NCBI GenBank assembly: GCA_040357565.1
Contig: JBDODJ010000002.1
Length of the DNA stretch: 64,000 bases
Strand: one strand, 5' to 3'
Source: Cercozoa sp. M6MM
Lineage: Eukaryota; Protista; Endomyxa: Ascetosporea
Within the stretch, counting starts at the first letter, position 1. Every line of letters begins with the position of its first letter. Under the pieces are notes generated by a model. The model made no database searches, was not told the DNA's origin, and saw only the letters and a list, made by a program, of their open reading frames with translations. A program made the position numbers and the translations under genes. Below are positions 25,551 to 36,939 of this stretch, piece by piece.

Positions 25551-27494
25551 TTACTCATGATCATCGTGATCACGTGGACGTGAGCCGCCGGCGCTGCTGT
25601 TTAGCTCATCGTGATCTGCGGGCCCGGTGCGTAGAGATTCGTGATGCGAGTGCTCGGCTTCATAGTCTGCATTGGCGGGAGCGCCGTCCGGGGTATCACT
25701 CAGATCACCAAAAGCCAGCGCGTCCGCCTCAAAATCATCCCGATCATCTTCTGGGTCATCTTCGTCCTCGTCCGCATCGTCGGCAACCTCAGCGAGCAAC
25801 GCGGCCTCGAGAATCGCGTTCAATCGCTCATCACCATCCTCGTCATCATCCCCATCGTTGTTGCTGCTGCTGATACTGCTGTTGTTGTTGTCGTCGTCAT
25901 CGTCGTTGTTGTTGTTGCCATCGTCGTCATTGTTGCCGTTTTCGTTGTCATCATTAATTTCTGTGTGGTTGGCGTCAGAGCTTTCAAAGTGGTGGTGCAC
26001 CACAGGCTGCATCACAATGTGTGCACTGCCTCCTTCCGATAGACCACTCAGATTGGACAACACGCTCTGCAGCACCGAGCCGAGGCCTGTGCAAGTACCT
26101 TCCAGCGGCTCACAACAAGGAAAGAAATAGAAGCCAACACACCAGGCAAAGCGGAGCGCGCAAGTTGTTGGAACATCTGTGGGGTGCTACTGCTTTCGCT
26201 GGTTTCGGTGTTAGTCGCCGTAGCACTGGATCGAGTTTCCGTACGAGGTTCCGCGCCGCTGTCGGTGGGAGGAGTGAAGTCCACCTGGTGCACCGTGTTG
26301 GACAAGGCAATGAGTGCGCCGCCGAGTTGCCGCATGTAGGACGCACTGTTACAAAGGGTATGCACCCACCAAAAAAAGCAACAGCTTATGGAGCAAGTAC
26401 ACGCGATCGGCTCGTCGTTTTGCAGCCACACGACGGTGCGAAAGTTGCGTTGGCGCCTCCTCTTCCTCCTAAGAAACGGTCCCATACAATCAGAAAGAAA
26501 TAGAGTTAAACACAGGAAAACACCTCGTCAGAGTCAACTTCTTGCTGCGGCTCTTCCGACTCGTTCTAGAAACAGCACAGATTTAACACAACATAGGAAA
26601 ACACAAAGAGGAAGGAGATCCAGGCTTACATCAAGGTGGAGCAGCTCGTTGCGCAACTGGCGGAAGTCGCTGTCGTTGCCGACGCGACCAAGCACGCGAG
26701 AGACCTTCGAAACACAAACATACACTGTCTGTCTGTGTTAAAATATCAAAAATGGATTTGCACCTGGTCCAGGAGACCGGCGACACGCCGACGACGGCGT
26801 TTCACTTGCGCTGCCGTGTGACCCGAGGACTGAGCAAGAAAACTTGGGGTGGGGGGGGGGCAGGAAGGTAAAGTAGAGGAAGGAAGTGGCAGTACCTGAT
26901 TGAGCAGGCGCACCTCGGCTGCCGTAGCTCGTGGACGACGCTGCCGGCGCACACCGGCGCGACGTCGGTATGTCCTGCGTACACTGTTAGCAAACACGTT
27001 ACAGCTGTTGAAAACCAAGCGTGTACCGCGCAATAGAGTCGTCCAACAAACTTGCCAGTGTGTTCCATGATCGCCGTTGCGCCGTGTGACTCTACATTAA
27101 ACAGGCAAGGAAAAAGGCAAAATCGTCAAAGGGTTGCCTGTCTTTATCAGGGTCCGCTTGCGTAGAATCTTACGCTGACCAAACGTGGTGTCGAAAGCTG
27201 AAAACTGGGCGAAAGACCAGCCGGCAGCGGACGCGCGCTCTGTTGAAACGAGCGCATCAGGGGGCTGCGTCGGAGTGAGCTGTACAAAGAGAGAATATTC
27301 ACAGAAAAGGCAGAGATCAGTAGCAGCGCCTTACCTACGAACTGCACCTCGCGGTGCCGAACTCGGTTCCGTCGATGCACGTGCCGAGGCACGAGCCTCT
27401 GCCGCTTGACGTGCTTCCTGCGATCGTGGGCGCGGCACGAGGTGCAATTTGTCACCACTTGAAATCCCAACCTCACCGAGCGGCGTTTCAGCAT
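25551..27494 (-). CDS. Hypothetical protein with basic N-terminus and long Asp/Asn-rich acidic C-terminus
   Basis: Chain of GT-AG exons from MLKRRS to the 174-aa acidic terminal ORF; no confident family. Confidence 0.6.
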
Positions 27495-28026
27495 GCAAAC
27501 GACGGCCTTAAAAAAAAAAGTACCAACACTTGCCAAAACATGCTGTGCTGCGACACTGGTAGCTTTCGTGCACCTCTGAAGATAAGAAGCTGCCGTTCTT
27601 TAGGCCAGTCGGGCAACTTGCCGGCGACAATATCCATTAGATCACCCACATTAGCGCTGACCGGAATGTCCTACAGAATTTTAACAATCCGAAACGACGA
27701 TCAAAACATACATCATTCCAAACTGCAAACATACGACGTCCACCGGGTCTGCAGCCAAGCGTTTGACCGTAAGATGCAATGTTTCACTCATTTAACAAGC
27801 AGATTTTACTCTAGAGGTCTGTGCGCCGAGAATTCGAAAGTTCTGGTGTTGTGGCTCGCTGGGAGCCAAAAATATGAGCCAAAAGACTGATCGAAGGTCC
27901 CGGTGCCGGCAGGAATGCGCAGGTGCAGGCGCAGTCACGTTTGATATGGAACTGAGGGCATTCAATCACTGGCCAAATCGAGTGTTTTAGTTGCAGCGAT
28001 CAGAATCGACTCGGCGGGCCTCTGCC

Positions 28027-30066
28027 ATGGGTGGCTCGTGCATCATGGGCGACGTGCACACTGTATTCGCGACCTGTACATGAGGTGTATGTGCCTTTGA
28101 ATGCGACGTTTGGGCTTAGAAAATGCGACCGTCGCTGCTAAGCAGCGAGGCGAGTGCCACGCAGTCCGTAAACATGCGAGGCCTCGTCAACCTGGTCCTT
28201 CCCTTTCCCACATTTACCCCTTACCCCCCCCCCCGCGCGCACTGGGCCATGGTACGGTCGATTTTCCAGGCCGTGATCGTGGCAGGCGCTGCGTCACTTC
28301 GTTTGATCTGCGAGAACTTTTTGAAATATGGTACCCCCTCCCCGCCCCGCCCCCCCCACTTTCCTGTTCAGGTGATCCCCGCTTCCCTTCCAGGATGGTT
28401 GCTACCGTCGTTTGAGGTGTCGAAACTGGAGGCCGACAGTGACAATACGGGCGTATTGACGGCGTTGTCACTGCTGCCTTTGCTGTCGCTGGCACAGCTG
28501 CTGCTGGAAAAGGCTGTCAGCAGGGATACACCCAAGCTGCACCGGTTCGCCTCGATGTTGCACGGTTTTCTCGTGGCCGTACTATTGTGCTTCCCCCCTT
28601 CTACCAATTTACTCCCTTGTTACCCTATCTTACCCCTCCCGTCGCTAGGTCTGCGTGATCGGCACAAGTGCGATTGTTTGGCGTCGTCCGGCTCCTCTTT
28701 TGGTACTGCAACTTGTGGGAAGTGGGTAATACGGCAAGGGAGGTAAACGGGCCAGTAAGTGCGCAGAGTGGCGTGATGTGTATGATGACGGCGTTGGCAC
28801 ACGGCATGAAGATGGTGTCGTTCGCGCACGTGCACTGCGCCTCATCACACGCACTGCGACCGACGCTGCCCCAGTTGGCGGACTTCCTGTGCGCGCCGAC
28901 GCTGTGCTACCAGCCCTCTGTACACCCTGCTGTTGTTGTTTCTTGTTGTATGTCTTGTTATGTATTTTGTGCAGTATCCACGTACGCAGCGCGTGCGGTG
29001 GCGCTTCGTAGCGCGTCGACTGGCCGAGCTGGTCGTGTGCTACACGCTGATGTTCTTCATCTGGTTCCAGTACTACCTCTTTGTCCCACCCATCCTCTGC
29101 TGCCCTCTTATTCTGTTGCCCCGCTATTCTGTTGTCCCGATCTATCGTACCGTTGTGTTCAGGTACCTGCGACCAGTGGTGATGAACTCAATGTCGCACA
29201 TCGAGTGCGCTCTTAGTTGGCCGCCTCAAAAAGTAGCCTTTCCATTTTGACTTGCTGTGAGAGTAGCAGTACCAGTACCTACAAGTGCCTGTTGAACAAG
29301 ATTGTTTTTGTTGGTTGGGCAGTACGGCATTCCTGTGCCTGACTACGGCAAGTGCGTGCTGCGAACCTTCGAACGTCTGCTGAAAGTGGCGCTTCCGAAT
29401 CTCTGTTTTTGGCTGCTGCTCTTTTTCTCCTTCTTCCACTCGTACACCGTGTCTTCTCCCTTGCCCCTTAACACCTTGCTATTTCTCCCTTGTACCTCAG
29501 GTACCTAAACCTGGTAGCCGAGTTGATTCGGTTCGGCGACCGACAGTGGTACAAGGACTGGTGGAACTCTGCCGATCTCGGCGAGTACTGGCGCAAGTGG
29601 AATCTTCCAGTGCACAACTGGATGTATCGGCACTTGTACCGACCGGCCTTGCAGAGCGGCATGTCCTCCTTTGCAGCACAACTGTGTGCTTTTCTGTTAA
29701 GTGCTGTTGGTCATGAACTCGTCATCTCAATTCCGTTTCACGCCGTCCATGGTACCATTTCCCTTTTTTAAGGTAGATACCAGAGTGTTTTAACATGGAC
29801 ACTTGCAGCCTACGCTTTCGTGGCCATGCTTGCTCAGTTGCCTCTCATTCTGGTGCGTTTTCTTTTTCCTCTCTTTCACTGCTCTTTCACCGCTCTGTTG
29901 CTTTTAGCTCACGATGAAGCTGCGTGTGTTGATGCCGGGCCGGCGCGGCAAAATTTGGGGCAATGCCATCTTCTGGGTCAGCTTCGTGATCCTGGGACAA
30001 CCGCTGGCCGTGCTGATCTACACCTACGAGCGACTGCAGGTCGACCCGTCCAGCCTTGCGGATTGA
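28027..30066 (+). CDS. DGAT1: Diacylglycerol O-acyltransferase 1 (MBOAT)
   Basis: [114 protein letters not shown]. Confidence 0.93.
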
Positions 30067-30349
30067 CCGGACCTGTCAGACGTCATCCGTCGGTACGTAC
30101 GGTCGGGTACGTATGACCAGAATTTCCGCCCGGGCAACGAAACGCTACCTAGCAGTACGGTTTATAACCAACGTGAACAAAGCTGTTAAAACCCGTTGGA
30201 CTGTCGGAAATTTTTCAGTTAGGTTTACTACTATTTAAACAGTGCGTGCGTATACGCATGCGTACGAGCGAGGAACGAGGTTGAGGATGGTCGCCGCGCG
30301 TCATGGGCACATGTGCCGCTGAGTCGAGTTCCCAGTTTGTTCCGCCAGT

Positions 30350-31363
30350 TTAGCTGTGGGCCGGGTAATCACCACTCATGGCAATAATGTAGGAGATGCC
30401 AAGAGAAGGCTGGTGCTTGTTCACTGTGACATCTCCGGTTGCCGTCAGTTCCACGGGTACCTAAAGATTGCGGAGTGTAATTCCCTCAGTGTACATACAG
30501 TACTATACAGTACCTCCACTGTCGTAGGAGCACCGGCGCCAACCGGCGTGACACCGGGAAACGTGTTGAGGTCCATCGTTTGAATACCCACGGCGTCAGC
30601 ACTGAGCCCGAGGACAACCATAACAAAATTCGATTGAGAGCAAAAGCAGCAAACTTACGGATCGGAGAAGCTTAGACCGGTATCGAGCAGAATACGACCA
30701 GGTGAGAAACTGCCTGCTCATCATCGGATGCAGAGCCATCTGCGAGGAACACAAGCTGAGCAGTCTGTACTTTGCGGGTTGGTGCTGGCGCTGGCAAACG
30801 CGACCTGCGGTGTGAACGCAGGAACTGCCGTAGCCGGGATATCAACGTCCAACGTCTGTTGGTTTGAGGAAACTTGCACTTGCGAGATCGACTCATCGAC
30901 TCCGAACTTAGCTCCAAGATACACGGCTACAGTAAACCAATATTGCCTTCGTCCACAGTAGGCCACATGGTTCATAAGCACAGTTTAACTAAACCTACGA
31001 TCCAGTCCGGGTGCAATTCCAGCTCCAACAGGGACGCGAGCGCGAAGATCCGGCAGACCAAAGGTGGAGACACCGTTGCCACCATACGTGGTGCCAAGAA
31101 TGCTGAAGAGTGCCTATTTTAGATACCTCGAATTGATCGAAATTTCGCAAGGATTGAATTCGAAGTGGTGTACCGGGTTGTCGTTGATTGGCAGGATCTG
31201 GCCATCACAGAACGCGTAGCCGACAGGCGCATAGTTACCTGCGAACAGCTTGATCTCTCCCTGCAAGGGAACATGCCAAGCACTTTATTTAAACAGTGCC
31301 TCCCCTCCGAAGTCACTGCAATGCGGCACATTGAAATTCAGTTCAACTCACAAGAATGGGCAT
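30350..31363 (-). CDS. Phage tail collar domain protein (PF07484 / MdpB-COG4675-like), 7 exons, about 207 aa
   Basis: Exons 31363-31352, 31260-31174, 31113-30999, 30926-30771, 30713-30659, 30601-30514 and 30460-30350; all introns GT-AG and in phase. Protein: MPILGEIKLFAGNYAPVGYAFCDGQILPINDNPALFSILGTTYGGNGVSTFGLPDLRARVPVGAGIAPGLDPVYLGAKFG...VNKHQPSLGISYIIAMSGDYPAHS*. Confidence 0.9.
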
Positions 31364-31500
31364 GTCTGGACGGTTCTCAAGGGAGCTTTCCTGGCGTAAG
31401 TGTAGGTTTTGCAAAGGGAATCCGGGTGCTGCAAAAGACCAATTATGGCGGTTCACCAACTCCCGGAATTCCACACGTGTTCCAATACACGAGAGTCGTC

Positions 31501-31549
31501 GATCGATCACCTGGGCCACTGATCGATCAGTTGGGTTATTGATCGATCA
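31501..31549. promoter_or_regulatory. Three GATCGATCA motifs at exact 20-bp period upstream of the tail-collar gene
   Basis: Copies start at 31501, 31521 and 31541; a regulatory role is inferred from position only. Confidence 0.35.
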
Positions 31550-31778
31550 CTTGCTACACGTGACTATTGGTACAGTTGACGGGAACACAGATGACATTGT
31601 TCGGTACAGTAAGTTTATTCATTCAACGGCTGCCTACTTTACCCCATAGTCAGGTCGATACAAGTACTGACAAACAACTTCAGTTTCGTTTTCGCTGTCA
31701 TGATGGATTGAAACAGTCCTAGCAGCACTGCGACTAAACAGAACAGAAATCTCCGAGGCTGCCGTCTGAGTGTTCCGT

Positions 31779-32607
31779 TCAATGTCGAAATAACTCAACT
31801 CGCTGACGCACAACCTCTCCGTTGGCCACAAAAGCCAAGTGCAGCTGTGTTGACGAAGGCAGCAAAGTCAGAGCACGCTGCAGCGCGTCACAGGACGGTA
31901 TGTCTTCTTCCAACACAATTGCAGCCGCTCGTGGCACCGGAGGTTTCGATCGCTTGAACGACGCGCTTTCGTCGTACGTCAAAACAACATGCGACTCGGG
32001 GAAGATGTCTCGCAGTCTTGCGCACAACTCGTTCGTTTCGAACGGCGCTTCCTCCGAGTCAGGACGACTTCGTTTACATGGTAACACGCTCGCGCTGCTT
32101 TCGTTCGAAGCCTTCTGCTGTTCGAGTAACTTTGCTGGTTTTTTCGCCATTTTTTTACGTTTTTCGGTTTGCTTCGCGGCCATGCGCTCGCGATTTCGCT
32201 CGATTTCCGCATTCGCTTCGCAAAGCACCTCAGGCGGCATGTCTCGACCGTTCCACAAGTGCGTTTGAATCTCCCGAGCAATTGACGACTCTGAAGCGGC
32301 AAAACGGACATCCTCCAGCACGCACACACAGTTTTGCGAAACCTCTGCACAAGAAATCTTGCTGGATACAAGCTTGACGAACACAACAGATCGACTCACC
32401 TGAGCTGAGTTGAGATGCCGTGATACTGACCCCATTTAAACCGATAAGCGTCAACAACGACCGACGCAACAATAACAAGGTTTCTGATGGCGTCAAACAG
32501 TGCTTGCCTCGCACGGTGCCGCCATAACTTCGCAGCACACTTCCACGCGGACGCGTGACTATCGTCAGTCGCTCACGAGCATACCACACACCTTCTGAGC
32601 ACACCAT
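31779..32607 (-). CDS. TSEN54: tRNA-splicing endonuclease subunit Sen54-like
   Basis: One intron (32399-32345). N-terminal SEGVWY...VTRPRGSVLRSYG...GKHCLTPSETLLLL and C-terminal FKRSKPPVP...IPS...LHLAFVANGEV match Sen54 motifs. Confidence 0.7.
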
Positions 32608-32856
32608 GTGCCAAGACACACTGAACTAAACCCAAAAAAGTCGTCTGTTGCACTAAAAAAGCCAAACAAAAAGCCATACTGAGCCGACAGAGCTGATACG
32701 CAAGAGCGAGCATCCTCAGAGGCCCCAAGACGAGTCACGATCGGTAGGAAGTCGGGAAATTGCTGGGCTGAGGCGTGTGCGTCGTAGTGGCCGTGCTGAG
32801 CGACTTTTTACAGTTTGGAAAGTCGAGCCCAGTGACCGGCGAGTGCACCAGCTGCA

Positions 32857-35400
32857 ATGGAGACTCTCGGCAAGGCGTGGAACAGCGTCAAGAACTCGGT
32901 CGACCAGCACATCGTGCGTTAGCGCCCCGCGAGCGTTTCTGCGCATTATTTTCCTGTGTGTTTTGGGGGTTTTGCAAAGCTGTTGGGCGAGATAAAAGCG
33001 TTCCATGTGAAAAACAGGGCACTGATGTCGAGCTTCGCGTGAAAGAGGCTACAAGCAACGAAAACTGGGGCGCGCCAAACTCACTGAAAGCAGAAATCGC
33101 TCGCTACACGTTCAACTATGAGGAGATGCGCGAGGTGATGATCGTGATCTGGAAGCGTCTCGGCGAAAAGAAGCGCAACTGGCAGGTATCTACTTGCTTT
33201 CTCCCATTTGTTATCGACTCCATACGTCCCCCGTAGATGGTGTTCAAGTCGTTGTCGCTGCTAGAGTACCTCGTCAAGAACGGCAGCGAACGCGTCGTCG
33301 ATGACGCTCGCGATCACATGTATGACCTTGACTCCTTTGCCTTTTTGCCTTTTCTCTCCTTTACAACTTTGCTCCCTCGGTGTAGTTACCAACTGCGCAT
33401 GCTGAACACGTTCCGTCACGTTGATGAGGACGTACGGCTTTTATGCTTCCTCTCGTCAGCATGGTATATATCGCTTGGGATATAGGGCCGCGACCGAGGC
33501 AACGGCATCCGCGAATTGTCCAAGCAACTTGTCGAACTGCTCGAGGTTCTTTCACACTGAGGGCAGAGGGACAAAGGATGTACAGTTTCGGTGTATGCGT
33601 ACAACAGGACCGCCGGCAGCTCGAGCAGGCGCGCGAAGAGGCGCGCAAGAACGCCGCCAAGTTCCAGCAAATCCGCGGCTCCGCGCGAACAGGCGGTGGT
33701 AGCTACGGTGGCTATGGCGGTCGCAGCGGTGGCTACACTGGTCGTAGTGGTGGCTACGGCAACCAAAGCAGTGAGTACGGTGGTCAAAGTGGTGGCTACG
33801 GCGGCCCCAGTCGTCGTTACGAGGACCGACCGACGAGGGACGTGCCGAGGCGCGAGACATCGTCATCGTCGCCTTCGTGGGATGCTCCGCGCACGCCTGA
33901 GCGACGCCGTCCTGTACCCTTCTCCCATTTTGACCTCTTGCACTCTGCTTTTACCCACCCGTATGGCAGGAACAAGACAGAAAAGCGCACCAGAAGCGCG
34001 CGCAGAAGCGACAGGGTGCTTAATATCTGGCACACGTTAGAGGAGCCTATTGCAAAACGAGGTGACCTTCGCATGTGTGCAGAGATGTTCGATCCGCGTG
34101 CCGCCAAACCGAAGCCAGTCAAAACTGAGCCGAAGCCCGAGCCGAAGCCAGCGGCGAACGATGATGACTGGAGCATGTTTGAAACGGCGACCCCTGTCAC
34201 CACGGTACACTGTTATCCCTCTTCCTTCCTTCCCTCTTTGCGCCTTTGACCAACACCCTCGCAGGCTCCAAAGCAGGATGCCGAGAGCGCGTTCGCATTC
34301 ATCCCGGTGGCGCCGTCGGCCAAGACAGCACCGACTGCGAGCACTGTTCCGAGCACTACGGCTGCGCCCAGCACTGGTTTTTGACCTTTGCCTTCTTTCC
34401 CTTTAGCTTGCTTTACCCCAGCTACCCTCCTTAGGCAATGACGACCTGACCGATATGTTCGCTGCCATGGCCGTGTCGACGACTACGGCGGCGTCTGTGC
34501 AAGCTATCCCTGCTCCTGCTGCCGATCCTGTGGTCAATGAGTTGTTCAGCGGCATGTCGCAGCCTGTGCACTCTGGTAACCTCTCTTCGTCCGTATGAGC
34601 TTCATTAGCTGTATGTTGCCTGCAGGTGGCGTCACGATGGGCGGAACCAAGCTTTCGTCCAAACCTAATCCAGCGGAGCAGCCCAAGAAACAGTCTGCCG
34701 CTGCCGACTCGTACCCTTGCTCCTGGCTGTTTACCCTCTTTGTGCTTTTTCCCCATAAACTCCCACCCTACACTCGCTTTTGGGCCTGCAGTTGGGGCAT
34801 CGACAGTGCGCTGGTCGACTTTACCGACCTCGCCGCGGCCAAACCCGACAAGAAGAAAAAGCCAGCGGTGGATCTCGGCATGCGCGGTGCTCCGCGCGGA
34901 AGCGCTCCTCAGCGCGGAGGTGCCACCGGCAACTACGGCTTGGGTACGGCGACTTCGTCGGGTGCCACAGACATTTTTGGTCTGCCTGCGGCGAGCAACG
35001 CGCCGACTCAAATGACTGCTCCCACTCAGATGAGTCGCATGAGTCACATGGGCCAAATGGGTCACATGGGCCAAATGGGTCACATGGGCCAGATGACGCC
35101 ACAGCAGATGCAGCAGATGCAACAGATGCAGATGCAACAACAAATGCAGATGCAGCAGATGCGCATGATGCAACAGCAACAGCAACAACAGCAGTTTGGT
35201 ATGATGGGCGGCACCATGGGCGGCGGTATCGACCCCTTCGCGCAGGTCGTGCAGAAGCGCTCGCAGCCTGCCACCACGACGACGCAGTCATCGGTAGACG
35301 TTTACCCCACAGCCTGCCCTTTCGTGTACAAATATAACCCTCATTGTAGAGCCAGAAAGCCAAACCGCAGAGCGACGCCTTCGCCGGTCTCGGATGGTAG
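32857..35400 (+). CDS. ENTH-domain protein (epsin/epsinR-like)
   Basis: RVKEATSNENWGA, IWKRL...[26 protein letters not shown]; Gly/Tyr-rich linker, DDDW/DIF/DPF/LVDF motifs, Met/Gln-rich tail ending DAFAGLGW*. Confidence 0.92.
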
Positions 35401-35898
35401 GCGCGTCGTGCGAAACTGTTGGTTGCTCCTCGGCTCCAGGTGAGTGTTCTCGTCGGGATCTCAGATCGTCGGCGTCGCGTCTACACGTACACGACGAACT
35501 TCAATCAAATTTAGGTGCGCTCTGTCAGGTTCAATACTAGTTTCGTTTATTACAGTAATTCGATATCGATCGAACTTGTCCGGTCTTGGGCCGCGCCGGG
35601 TTCAGTTTAATTTAATGTTAATCATGACCGGACGGGGCAACATTGCTTGTGCTGTGCGGCAGTATACTCATGTTTTTTCGCCCCGAAACGCGATTTCCAC
35701 TCCACGTGCCGATCGCTATGATGCTTCGCACGCGGCTAGTGTGTTTATAGAGCACTGGGGGGCCAGTGAAACTTTCCTATCTCAGTTTTATCGGCTCACC
35801 ATTCTTACCCGATGATGCGGAAAATTCCCATTTGTTGCAATGTTTGAGTAGGGGTCGAGTACTGGCGGCTTTGCGTCGACGAATATTTGGCGCGTCGT

Positions 35899-36697
35899 CT
35901 AAAGCATGGCGCGCATCATTTGTCGCTTTTCGTCCTCGGTCAGCGCCTTCTGGAAAGTCCAGGAGAACTTTGAACCACCGGCAGTCTCCACTTCGAGTGC
36001 ATGCGTCCGAGAGCGCGTCAGGCCCCAATAGCCTGTACCTAAGCACAACCTTGCAGAAGCAGAGAAAGCACAATGGAAAAAACGAAAGGTACCAGTGGCG
36101 CCAAGGAAACCCATTATCGGAACCAAAATGTCACGTCGACGAGGCTCGCCACCTGCCGCACGTACAGTATTCACTCTCAAGCAGGGAAAGAAATCACAAT
36201 TATGCAACCAACAATACCGCCTAGAACTGCACCAAGCACTGCGCCAGCAAATACGCCGCCGGCACTGTACAGCGCCGCCTTCAAGTAGTTCGGACCGTCC
36301 ATGAAACTGCAAAACAAGTCACCGCTCAAGACAATCAGCCCAGAGAAATTTAACAAACTTACTGAGCAGCAGCAACAGAGGAAATTTGCGTCTGATCATT
36401 GTACACTCAAAGCTCAAGCCAAACGCACCACGAGCAACAGAACATATATGGAGAGGAGAGACGGTCACCTCGACTTCATGTGAGATGCCAAGGCGTCGCG
36501 GCCAAGTCTTTTTGTCGCTATCGCGCGTCGAGAATCGCAAGCTTTGCTTGCCATTCAATCCATCATGAAAGAAGAGCTTTCCGCGCGGACCTAGCCAAGC
36601 AAGAAATGCGACCAGCGATCACCAACAGCAAAAAGTACAAAAATCTTGCACCTGCTGCGCCCTGACTGGCCTCAAACTGAAGACTTTCCTTAGGCAT
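35899..36697 (-). CDS. Hypothetical small protein with Gly-rich hydrophobic hairpin
   Basis: Five phase-consistent GT-AG introns give MPKESLQFEASQGAAGPRGKLFF...YSAGGVFAGAVLGAVLGG...IMGFLGATGTGYWGL...MMRAML*. Confidence 0.6.
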
Positions 36698-36939
36698 ACT
36701 TAGCACGTACAGCACAGTACACTACAGCACAACTTGATGTCTCTAATGAACGAGACGAAGATTCAGAGTGTCCCAGCGCTCCAGGTACCACAGAGGGCCT
36801 GCTCGCCAAAAACAGTATTCTTTAGGAAGATTCCGAGGGAACGGTTGAATCAAATTGCGTCTCTGTTGCTTCGAGCATTTGGAGGAAACAAAAACCGCGA
36901 AAACACATCACTTTTCTTTGACCGTAGCATCGACAGAAG

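Noticed and set aside
16010-30066. Lipid-metabolism gene cluster (HIBCH, GUP1-like, DGAT1)
   Set aside because: Interspersed with unrelated genes; no evidence of co-regulation.
30714-30770. TGA TGA in frame with tail-collar exon 4 (selenocysteine or pseudogene?)
   Set aside because: Lies within a 57-nt GT-AG intron whose removal restores the frame to the conserved C-terminus.
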